From contig JALDRA010000001.1 in assembly GCA_031316235.1 (NCBI GenBank), positions 1,560,001-1,592,000 of the forward strand: a stretch of DNA of 32,000 nt. The letters run 5' to 3'. The position numbers and the translations under genes were made by a program. Each line of letters opens with the position of its first letter. Position 1 is the stretch's first letter. Below the pieces are notes generated by a model, which was given only the letters and a program-made list of their open reading frames with translations, was not told where the DNA came from and did no database searches. This stretch comes from Candidatus Scalindua sp. GTDB lineage: Bacteria > Planctomycetota > Brocadiia > Brocadiales > Scalinduaceae. Shown here in pieces: positions 18,663 through 26,280 of this stretch.

Positions 18663-19211
18663 TTGTCACTACCTAACCTCATAAGCTGTGCAAGAATATT
18701 TTTTATCCTGCCTTTTGTAATCTGCTTAATGCAAGTCCAGCATCAGAATAATTACCGGTATATTGCATTAGGAATGTTGCTTGCAATCGGTGCCAGTGAT
18801 ATTCTGGATGGATACCTTGCACGGAAAAGAAGTGAAATTACAAAATTTGGCAAGTTTTTGGATCCTATAGCAGACAAGTTAACGCTTATTGTCGCCTGTG
18901 TTTTACTTTCGTCTGACAAATTCTGGCCGGAACCCAGATTTCCAAACTGGATTCCTGCTGTTATTATCAGCAGAGAGCTTTTTTTCTCTCTGGGTATTCT
19001 CGCCGCCTTTATTATACCGAAACGAAAAATTGAATTGAGCCCTGATAAGCTGGGCAGATTTACGACGTTCCTGCAGATTATGGCGGTCGTGTCTGTTTTG
19101 TTAGGAAACCATCTCTCATTGACCATCCTTCTTATACTCTGGTGGTTAGTTGTGATAACTACGTTTGCATCCACTGTAAACTATACCTATAGGGGTGTGA
19201 AGCAACTTTGA
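18663..19211 (+). CDS. CDP-alcohol phosphatidyltransferase family protein (PgsA-like)
   Basis: 182 aa, TTG start with AAGGAGAG upstream. Signature DILDGYLARKRSEITKFGKFLDPIADKL (D-x2-DG-x2-AR...G-x3-D-x3-D) and multiple TM segments. Confidence 0.85.
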   Translation: MSLPNLISCARIFFILPFVICLMQVQHQNNYRYIALGMLLAIGASDILDGYLARKRSEITKFGKFLDPIADKLTLIVACVLLSSDKFWPEPRFPNWIPAVIISRELFFSLGILAAFIIPKRKIELSPDKLGRFTTFLQIMAVVSVLLGNHLSLTILLILWWLVVITTFASTVNYTYRGVKQL

Positions 19212-19298
19212 GTTGATTATATTTTTATCAGAAAGCTGCTGTCCATCTCAAAAATTCATTAAATTTTATCTGCTTGATAAGACAGAGGGTCCACCTAC

Positions 19299-20525
19299 AT
19301 GTTAAATACAATAGAAGAGATCATAGACGATTTAAAAAAGGGCAAGCTGGTTATCGTAGTTGACGATGCGAACCGGGAAGACGAAGGAGATCTAACGATT
19401 GCCGCTGAAAAGATTACACCGGAAATAGTAAATTTTATGTTAACCCACGCTCGGGGAATCATATGTTTAACAATCACGGAAGAGCATTCAACCCGGCTTG
19501 GCCTGACACCTATGGTGCCACATAATACCTCTAATTTTCAAACTCCCTTCACCATTACAATAGACGCGAAAGAGGGAATAACAACGGGCGTTTCTACAAA
19601 TGACAGAGCAAAAACAATATTGACTGCCGTGAGTGACAACTGCACCCCGCAGGATCTTGTAAAACCTGGCCACATCTTCCCTCTCAGGTCCCAAAATGGA
19701 GGTGTTCTGGTACGCGCTGGCCACACTGAAGGTGCCGTTGATCTCGCGCGTCTGGCAGGACTGAAACCTTCTGCCGTAATCTGTGAAATCATGAATGAAG
19801 ATGGAAGTATGTCAAAGATGCCTGAATTGAAAAAATTTGCCGTAAAACATGACCTGAAAATCTGTACCATAGCGGACATTATCAAATACCGTCACGAAAA
19901 AGAACGCTTGATAGAAAAGCGTGTTTCCGTAAACATCCCTACCAAATATGGGAAATTTGTCCTGCATCTCTACCGTTCCTTTACTGACGAATATCTCCAT
20001 TTGGCCTTATGCCTTGGAAATATTGGGAGTACAGATGGCTCACCTGCCCCTATCCAGACAGATCCGATCTTAATTCGAGTTCACGATGAGTGTTTAACCG
20101 GTGACATTTTTGGTTCTTTACGATGTGATTGTGGCGAACAACTTCATTCAGCGTTAAGAATGATACAAAAAGAGGGCAAGGGTGTTTTGCTCTACATGCG
20201 GCAAGAGGGCAGGGGTATCGGCCTTGAAAATAAACTGCATGCATACGCGTTGCAAGAAGGTGGTTTAGATACCGTTGAAGCAAACAAAAAATTGGGGTTT
20301 GTTGTTGACAAACGCGACTATGGTATCGGTGCCCAGATATTACGGGATTTAGGTATTTCAAAAATGAGGCTACTATCAAATAATCCCAAGAAATTTACCG
20401 CTCTGGCCGGTTATGGCCTGGAAATCGTAGAAAGAGTTCCCATTGTTACGAAACCAAAGGAAGAAAACCAGCGATACCTCCGTGCGAAGAAGGATAAGCT
20501 TGGACACATCCTTGAAGGCGTATGA
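19299..20525 (+). CDS. ribBA: bifunctional 3,4-dihydroxy-2-butanone-4-phosphate synthase / GTP cyclohydrolase II
   Basis: 408 aa. VVDDANREDEGDL and RAGHTEGAVDLARLAG (RibB half). VHDECLTGDIFGSLRCDCGEQL and EGRGIGL (RibA half). Confidence 0.97.
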   Translation: MLNTIEEIIDDLKKGKLVIVVDDANREDEGDLTIAAEKITPEIVNFMLTHARGIICLTITEEHSTRLGLTPMVPHNTSNFQTPFTITIDAKEGITTGVSTNDRAKTILTAVSDNCTPQDLVKPGHIFPLRSQNGGVLVRAGHTEGAVDLARLAGLKPSAVICEIMNEDGSMSKMPELKKFAVKHDLKICTIADIIKYRHEKERLIEKRVSVNIPTKYGKFVLHLYRSFTDEYLHLALCLGNIGSTDGSPAPIQTDPILIRVHDECLTGDIFGSLRCDCGEQLHSALRMIQKEGKGVLLYMRQEGRGIGLENKLHAYALQEGGLDTVEANKKLGFVVDKRDYGIGAQILRDLGISKMRLLSNNPKKFTALAGYGLEIVERVPIVTKPKEENQRYLRAKKDKLGHILEGV

Positions 20526-20766
20526 TTGTCTCTGAAAAGAGGGCGCTTATCTATAAAGCATAATTGACCTCCGTTTTCGTTACAAAATCAGTCAAGGGGT
20601 AGTCAAAGGGAGTAAATTGATCACCCCTTCTATAAAAAAATTTCGCTTTACCCCTCTCTATCCAGGTTCATAAATAAAAACGGGATCTTAACAGCTACAG
20701 GGTATTTCATGATCTTATGCCCCCTGCAAGCTGAGTGTTGTTCTTTTATCGATTCACTCAAAAACT

Positions 20767-20932
20767 CAACAGTGTCCGGTTAGGTTTTTGCGTAGGCGGC
20801 TTTTGTCATACCCGAACGTCTTTATCGGGTATCCAGAGACTCGTTTCATCATAGATTCCCGCTAAAAACATGCGGGAATGACAGTTTTGGAGCAATAAAT
20901 TAAATACGCAAAAACCTAACCGGACACTACTG
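20767..20932 (+). mobile_element. 166-bp MITE, copy 1
   Basis: Terminal inverted repeats caacagtgtccggttaggtttttgcgta / tacgcaaaaacctaaccggacactactg (26/28 match). A perfect 9-bp direct repeat tcaaaaact lies at 20758-20766 and 20933-20941. No ORF. Differs from 25869-26034 at 3 of 166 positions. Confidence 0.88.
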
Positions 20933-21081
20933 TCAAAAACTGATATTATGAGACCTTGCCCCACAAATCGAGCAACTGCGGTTTCCGTATTCTACCATAG
21001 AGTATTTAATCTCTGTATTTACCTGTGAGAATTACCAGAAAAAAACATTTTCATTGATGGTATACACATCTTCCATAAACC

Positions 21082-21675
21082 ATGACAGCCATAATCCTCG
21101 CCGGTGGTAAAAGCAGCAGAATGGGCCGTAACAAGGCGCTTATCGAGATAGAGGGTAAGCCATTTATCGAGAAGCAGATAGATCTACTTGGTGAAATCTT
21201 TGACGATATCATCATTTCTGCCAATACACCTTCCGAATACGCATTCTTACACAAACCGGTTATTAAAGACCTTTATCCGGAAAAAGGACCCCTGGGGGGC
21301 ATCTACACGGGCCTCATGGAGTCAAACAGCCCATACACCTTTTTCCTCGCATGCGACATGCCTTTTGTTGAATTGCCATTGATAAGATATCTCAGAGGGC
21401 TTGTAGGAGGTGCTGATGTGGTTGTTCCCAAAAGCGAGAGAGGGCTGGAACCCCTTCATGCATTTTATTCAAAAAGATGTATTGAACCGATTAAAAATGA
21501 ACTCGACCGTAACAACTTGAGAATCATCAGTTTTTTTTCAGAAGTTACGGTTAAAATAGTAGAATTGAATAGTCTCACTTCATCACAAAGATTCAAGGAC
21601 TCCATTACAAATTTGAACACGAAAGAGGATTTCGAAAGTGCAAAAAAACGAATCACCAGGAAAAATATATCATGA
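21082..21675 (+). CDS. mobA: molybdenum cofactor guanylyltransferase
   Basis: 197 aa. AIILAGGKSSRMGRNKAL, GPLGGIYTGL, FLACDMPF. Confidence 0.9.
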   Translation: MTAIILAGGKSSRMGRNKALIEIEGKPFIEKQIDLLGEIFDDIIISANTPSEYAFLHKPVIKDLYPEKGPLGGIYTGLMESNSPYTFFLACDMPFVELPLIRYLRGLVGGADVVVPKSERGLEPLHAFYSKRCIEPIKNELDRNNLRIISFFSEVTVKIVELNSLTSSQRFKDSITNLNTKEDFESAKKRITRKNIS

Positions 21676-21776
21676 GTAACAGAGCGAAAGCCCTCTGTTT
21701 GAGACAAGACTTTCCAGATACAAGGTACGCCGGTTTCGCAACCGAAACATACTTCAATACTTGGGGATTACAGAGT

Positions 21777-21917
21777 TATACTCATCTCATTTTGGTTTTC
21801 GGATACAATCCGAGATAAAATTGAGCGAGTAAAGTCCTCGGCGCTTTTTGCCCGGGGATACCTTCACCAAGATTTGATTTCCGGTAAAACTGAAAACCAA
21901 ATCGGTCTTAGTATATT
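21777..21917 (+). repeat. structured repeat family A, copy A (141 bp, with the 27-nt central insert)
   Basis: tatactcatctcattttggttttcggatacaatccgagataaaattgagcgag-[27 nt, 21830-21856]-gataccttcaccaagatttgatttccggtaaaactgaaaaccaaatcggtcttagtatatt. About 90 percent identical to copy B outside the insert. Its 3' end is 72 nt upstream of the next gene. Confidence 0.75.
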
Positions 21918-21989
21918 ACAGCAATGCAGCGGAGGGGAAGTTTTCCTTCAACCACTCATGAGAAATAAATTTTTTATCTTGATATAAGG

Positions 21990-22781
21990 ATGAATGATAT
22001 GATGAAAAAGAGAATCGGGGTAGTTTTGGAATCTCTTCGATTGAGGATTAAGGATGGAATTAAGACCGCTTCCGTTCTTGGTTTTCATGGTATTCAGATG
22101 AGCACTGCGCTAAAAGAGCTTAAACCGGAAAATCTTTCACTAACAGGAAGACGCGAATTAAGGAGACTGATCAATATTCATCAACTGCATCTGTGTGCTA
22201 TTGGGGGAAGTTTCGGCAGCGGCTTCGTCAACGAAAATGAATTTGATTTTTCAATCAAAAAAATAAAAGAAGTTATCAATCTCGCATTAGACCTGCAAAC
22301 AGATATTGTAACAATACCTATTGGTTCTAACCCCGCAGATTCAGATTCTTCCCACGGAAGCATGGTACGTTCAGCTCTCTGCGAAATCGGCAGACATGCA
22401 GAAAACTATGGATGTCGCCTCGCTGCCAGTATCTCGTTTGACGACACCTCAACGTTAATAAAATTTCTTACGTCATTAGAAACACAAGGCATCAGATTAA
22501 CCTACGATCCAGCCTCCTTAATACTGAACAATCTCGACCCTATCAAGAGTATTTTTGAATTACATGAATATATAGCTCATACAAATCTCTGGGACACCAG
22601 CCAATCAGGTGAAGGCAGGCAGAGAGAGGTTCCGCTCGGAGAAGGGATAGTGCCGGTACAGGAATTCGTCTCTACGCTTGATGCAGTCGGCTATCAAGGG
22701 TTTTACATGATCAGTTCTCGCGATGTGGAACAACCCGTTGAAATCATAAAGAAAGGAAAAGAATTTCTTGAACAGGTGTAA
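21990..22781 (+). CDS. sugar phosphate isomerase/epimerase (xylose isomerase-like TIM barrel)
   Basis: 263 aa, TAAGGA RBS. General pattern of AP-endonuclease-2/xylose-isomerase-like TIM-barrel proteins (GFHGIQM, DIVTIPIG, LTYDPASL, PLGEGIVP..F). Family-level call only. Confidence 0.7.
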   Translation: MNDMMKKRIGVVLESLRLRIKDGIKTASVLGFHGIQMSTALKELKPENLSLTGRRELRRLINIHQLHLCAIGGSFGSGFVNENEFDFSIKKIKEVINLALDLQTDIVTIPIGSNPADSDSSHGSMVRSALCEIGRHAENYGCRLAASISFDDTSTLIKFLTSLETQGIRLTYDPASLILNNLDPIKSIFELHEYIAHTNLWDTSQSGEGRQREVPLGEGIVPVQEFVSTLDAVGYQGFYMISSRDVEQPVEIIKKGKEFLEQV

Positions 22782-22998
22782 CCGTTGGGCAAACTTCACC
22801 GGCTGGTTACCCTGAACCTTGAATTTTGATGATTATTGATCTATCTTTGCAGTGTATTAAAAAAGCAATTCTTTATCATTCCATTTTATTTACTGCAAGC
22901 ATGGTTATTTGAGAAAGGAATCGCTCCTCCCCATTGGGAACTTCCCTCAATCGGTGTTGTAGGGAGAAATCTCTTCATCTGATTGAAACCTCTCAGCT

Positions 22999-24249
22999 AT
23001 GGAAAGATGCTTAAAGAGAAAAAAGACGGAGAGGTTTGCCGTCATAGGGTTAATTGTGATATTGTTGGTAACGCTCTATGGATACCGTCTATATTTTCCT
23101 CCTGAGAGATATTTTGACGAAGTATATCATGCCAAGAGAGCCTCACAGCTTGCCATAGAACACCAATTTAATCGTAAGGTAACAATCCATCCGCCTTTAT
23201 GGCATTTTATTTCCGCTTTTTCTATCTCTTCTTTTGGAGATTATTCCTGGGTCTGGCGGATTCCTTCGATGGTTTGTGGTTTATTGAATGTGTTTCTGGT
23301 TTTTTTAGTAGCGGTAAAAATTTCCAAAAACTACTTTCTTGCCTTTTTAGCATCATTTCTTTTTACCTTTGACTGTATGTCCATAACCCAGGCACGCATT
23401 GGCATGCTCAATTCAATGATGGTCATGTTCATGCTTTTATCCCTGTACTGTTTTTTACAGTTCTTCCTGGATAAAATATGGCCCAGGGAAAAGGCTTTTT
23501 TATTGTCTGGTATTTTTCTTGGTCTGGGTCTGGCAACAAGGATGGTTGCCTCGTATCAGATTATTATCTATGGAATAGTAATTGGAGTTTACGTTGTCAA
23601 ATCAAGAAAAGATTTTTGGCCGACACTCAGGAGCACATTCCTCTATCTGATTCTTGTCCCCGGCACCATCTATTTAGGTACCTATCTATTTATTTGCGTT
23701 CTGTATAAAAACTCATGGACAGATTTTTTGTTTCATCTACATTATGGTTATGAAGGTTTGGTGCTCACGAAAGGTCACCATTACGGTTCCCCTTGGTGGA
23801 GTTGGCCGTTGATAACACGGCCTGTATGGTATTTTTTTGAGCGCCAAAAAGAGACCGGTATCGTAAACGGAATTCTCTGTATGGGTAACCAGGCAATCTT
23901 TTGGTTTATTCCAGTATCAATCGGACATGTTTTCTGGAAATTTATTCGAAAAAGAACCTGGCCATATGGTCTTATTCTTTTAGGTTTTTTCGGTCAATGG
24001 CTTCCGTGGGTATTTGTGAGCCGGATAAAGTATTTTCATTTCTTTTATACCGCTATGCCGTTTGCGTGCATGTCTCTGGCTGTTCTTCTTCTTTGGGTCT
24101 GGCAGATGAAAAAGTGGGGAAAAATTTTTGTTATTGCTTATCTGTTTTTAGTTGTGAGCATTTTTTTTTACTGGTATCCGCTACTCACCGGTTTTCCGAT
24201 ACCCTATAAATATTACATGCAGCACATGTGGTTTCGATCGTGGATTTGA
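22999..24249 (+). CDS. GT39 (PMT-type) polyprenyl-phosphate-sugar-dependent glycosyltransferase
   Basis: 416 aa, polytopic membrane protein. Loop-1 motif YFDEVYHAKRA...HPPLWHF, WRIPSMVCGLLNVFLVF, and the C-terminal PMT_4TMC-like block HYGSPWWSWPLITRPVWYFF...GNQAIFW. Confidence 0.8.
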   Translation: MERCLKRKKTERFAVIGLIVILLVTLYGYRLYFPPERYFDEVYHAKRASQLAIEHQFNRKVTIHPPLWHFISAFSISSFGDYSWVWRIPSMVCGLLNVFLVFLVAVKISKNYFLAFLASFLFTFDCMSITQARIGMLNSMMVMFMLLSLYCFLQFFLDKIWPREKAFLLSGIFLGLGLATRMVASYQIIIYGIVIGVYVVKSRKDFWPTLRSTFLYLILVPGTIYLGTYLFICVLYKNSWTDFLFHLHYGYEGLVLTKGHHYGSPWWSWPLITRPVWYFFERQKETGIVNGILCMGNQAIFWFIPVSIGHVFWKFIRKRTWPYGLILLGFFGQWLPWVFVSRIKYFHFFYTAMPFACMSLAVLLLWVWQMKKWGKIFVIAYLFLVVSIFFYWYPLLTGFPIPYKYYMQHMWFRSWI

Positions 24250-24267
24250 AACAATATTATACGTATC

Positions 24268-24999
24268 ATGAAGTATTCCGTCATAATTCCGATTTTCAAT
24301 GAAGAAGAGTCGCTTTTGCCCCTGTATTATTCACTCAAGGAGGTCATGAATAAGTTAAGTAAACAATATGAGATCCTTTTCGTGGATGATGGATCAACCG
24401 ACTCCAGCCTGGAACGGTTAAGACGTGTTTATGTGAACTCAAAGGGTCTGTCAATTATTGTTTTAAAAGAGAGGGTCGGTAAGGCAGAAGCCCTGCAGGC
24501 CGGCTTCGATAATGCGACAGGAGAAATTTATATCACGTTAGATGGAGACGGCCAGGATGACCCGAGAGAAATCCCCTCCCTCTTAGATAAAATGGATGAG
24601 GGATTAGATGTTGTCTATGGCTGGCGGCGTAGGCGGCATGATCCGTTTACAAAGAAAATAGCCTCCAGGACTGCCAACATGATTCGCAGATTAATCACAA
24701 AAGAGAAAATTCATGATGTGGGGTGCGCTATGCGCGTTTTTAGAAAGAAAGATATCGAACACGTATGCTTATCGAAGGGACTTCACCGTTTCTTTTCTGC
24801 CATTATGGTAAAGCTGGGATATAAAGTTGGCGAAGTCGAAGTGGTTCATCACCCTCGGGAAACGGGTATTTCTAAATATGGAATATGGGATAGACTGGGT
24901 GAAGGAATTATTGACATCATACGGTTCTCTTTTTTAGATATCCACACTCTCATGAGTCATGAAAGAAAATACCAGATTAAGAAAATTTTACGAAGATAA
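24268..24999 (+). CDS. GT2 polyprenol-phosphate glycosyltransferase (Ppm1/DPM1/ArnC-like)
   Basis: 243 aa. YSVIIPIFNEEESL, ILFVDDGSTDSS, TLDGDGQDDP (DxD-type). The size and layout fit dolichol/polyprenol-phosphate mannose synthase-like enzymes. Confidence 0.88.
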   Translation: MKYSVIIPIFNEEESLLPLYYSLKEVMNKLSKQYEILFVDDGSTDSSLERLRRVYVNSKGLSIIVLKERVGKAEALQAGFDNATGEIYITLDGDGQDDPREIPSLLDKMDEGLDVVYGWRRRRHDPFTKKIASRTANMIRRLITKEKIHDVGCAMRVFRKKDIEHVCLSKGLHRFFSAIMVKLGYKVGEVEVVHHPRETGISKYGIWDRLGEGIIDIIRFSFLDIHTLMSHERKYQIKKILRR

Positions 25000-25123
25000 A
25001 CATTGTTTCAGCAGATGAAATATAGACAGACCTATTCAGCAGGATACGTTACCATTAACCATTATTCATTCGGTGAATATGAGAGACGTTCTCACTACAT
25101 GTAAATCTCGGGAAATATAGGCA

Positions 25124-25420
25124 TCACTTTTTTTGCCGGCCTTTGACAGGATTCGCATTTTTACGAATGAGATAAAGGTTGCGGGAATAGATAATAATTC
25201 CAATAGACTGCCCAAGGATAAAGACCGGGTCCTTCCGCCAAAGCGCATAGGCGAAAAGTATGAGCCCCCCCATAATACTGAAATACCAGAATGCCAGGGG
25301 TATGACACTGTTTCCCGCCCGCTCCGAAGCAAGCCATTGTACAAAAAAGCGTATAAAAAATAGAATCTGCCCAAAAATACCCACAATGGTCCATATATGT
25401 CCGATCTGAATATCCTGCAT
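25124..25420 (-). CDS. lipid-A-disaccharide synthase N-terminal domain (LAB_N) small membrane protein
   Basis: 98 aa with 3 TM segments. GQILFFIRFFVQWLASERAGNSVIPLAFWYFSIMGGLILFAYALWRKDPVFILGQ matches the LAB_N pattern (F..RF..QW..SE....S..P..FW..S..G....L.Y....DPV). The other ORFs at 25066-25394 are alternative frames of the same DNA. Confidence 0.8.
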   Translation of the reverse strand: MQDIQIGHIWTIVGIFGQILFFIRFFVQWLASERAGNSVIPLAFWYFSIMGGLILFAYALWRKDPVFILGQSIGIIIYSRNLYLIRKNANPVKGRQKK

Positions 25421-25445
25421 CTTTTTACTCCCTTGTTATTTGTGA

Positions 25446-25588
25446 TATACTCACCTTATAATGGTTTTCGGATAACATCCGAGAAAAAACGGAGTGAGTA
25501 AGGTCCTCGGCACCATTTGTCCGGAGATAACAGCGGCCAGGCTTTGGTTTTTGGAAAAATCTAAAACCAAATCGGGGTTTAGTAGGGC
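25446..25588 (+). repeat. structured repeat family A, copy C (143 bp, diverged, keeps the 27-nt insert)
   Basis: tatactcaccttataatggttttcggataacatccgagaaaaaacggagtgag-[27 nt]-gataacagcggccaggctttggtttttggaaaaatctaaaaccaaatcggggtttagtagggc. Colinear with copy A at roughly 70 percent identity by eye. Both hairpins are retained with different loop sequences. Confidence 0.6.
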
Positions 25589-25699
25589 TGATTAGAAGTT
25601 GTCTTTTCACTCACGTGAACATTAATCAAAATACCTTGAAATTTCAACATTTTTCCGTATCTTTTCAAACCCACGGTTTTTACACCATAAAATATCTTT

Positions 25700-25798
25700 A
25701 TTGAACGCGCTGTAGAAGAACTCATTTCTCAACGAGTATATGGGATAGCATTAGGTTATGAAGGCCTGAGTGATCACGATAGTTTTCGAGCAGATTAA
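25700..25798 (+). pseudogene. IS1380/IS4-type transposase fragment (about 32 codons)
   Basis: Reads IERAVEELISQRVYGIALGYEGLSDHDSFRAD then stop. QRVYG.ALGYEDLNDH..LR.D is, as I recall it, an N-terminal block of IS1380-family transposases. There is no start codon, an in-frame stop lies just upstream, and the remainder of the gene is absent. Confidence 0.6.
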
Positions 25799-25799
25799 T

Positions 25800-25828
25800 T
25801 ATACACATCTCATAATGGTTTTCGGATA
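25800..25828 (+). repeat. repeat family A, truncated 5' fragment (copy D)
   Basis: tatacacatctcataatggttttcggata matches the first ~29 nt of copies A and C, then diverges (gaacccgtacag). It abuts the transposase fragment. Confidence 0.5.
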
Positions 25829-25868
25829 GAACCCGTACAGAGACAAAGTTTAAACTTTTAATACAAAA

Positions 25869-26034
25869 CAGTAGTGTCCGGTTAGGTTTTTGCGTAGGCG
25901 GCTTTTGTCATACCCGAACGTCTTTATCGGGTATCCAGAGACTCGTTTCATCATAGATTCCCGCTAAAAACATGCGGGAATGACAGTTTTGGGGCAATAA
26001 ATTAAATACGCAAAAACCTAACCGGACACTACTG
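25869..26034 (+). mobile_element. 166-bp MITE, copy 2
   Basis: Perfect 28-bp terminal inverted repeats cagtagtgtccggttaggtttttgcgta (25869-25896) / tacgcaaaaacctaaccggacactactg (26007-26034). Perfect 9-bp direct repeat aatacaaaa at 25860-25868 and 26035-26043. Confidence 0.9.
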
Positions 26035-26280
26035 AATACAAAATAAATATCAACATGAAATTTTAAATAAAATGTGCTGTTTTTTATGAAACCTTCCGGC
26101 TTTCAGTCAACCGGTGAGAAATCCGGGTCAGGGTTCGATAAACCCTTTGTTTGGAGGGCCTTTTTCCCCATTCCCACCTGCCTTTCGGCAGGCAGGAAGT
26201 AAAGTGTTCAATAGTTTTCAATCACGATAATCAGGGAAGCTTGAATAGTTCCTTCAATTTTATATGCTAAACATGTCAAC

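Noticed and set aside
19212-19298. An FMN riboswitch expected upstream of ribBA, and a Moco riboswitch upstream of mobA (20942-21081).
   Set aside because: The ribBA leader is only 87 nt and lacks the conserved FMN-element core as I recall it (GGGCGG...CCCACCGGCGG-like segments). The mobA upstream region lacks the conserved Moco-motif blocks. No other riboswitch signature was recognised.
21764-21924. The 7-bp attacag repeat on both sides of repeat-A copy A, as a possible target-site duplication.
   Set aside because: The left copy is separated from the tatact box by 3 nt. The att of the right copy is shared with copy B and so probably belongs to the element. Copies B and C show no comparable flanking duplication. 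Left unresolved rather than claimed.
26121-26150. A tRNA-like T-arm look-alike, agggt-tcgataa-accct (resembling GGTTCGA), raising the idea of a tRNA gene or an integration-site remnant next to the MITE.
   Set aside because: The loop does not start with TTC in the correct register. No complementary acceptor stem (caaacaa) lies about 65 nt upstream, and no D or anticodon arms could be drawn on either strand.
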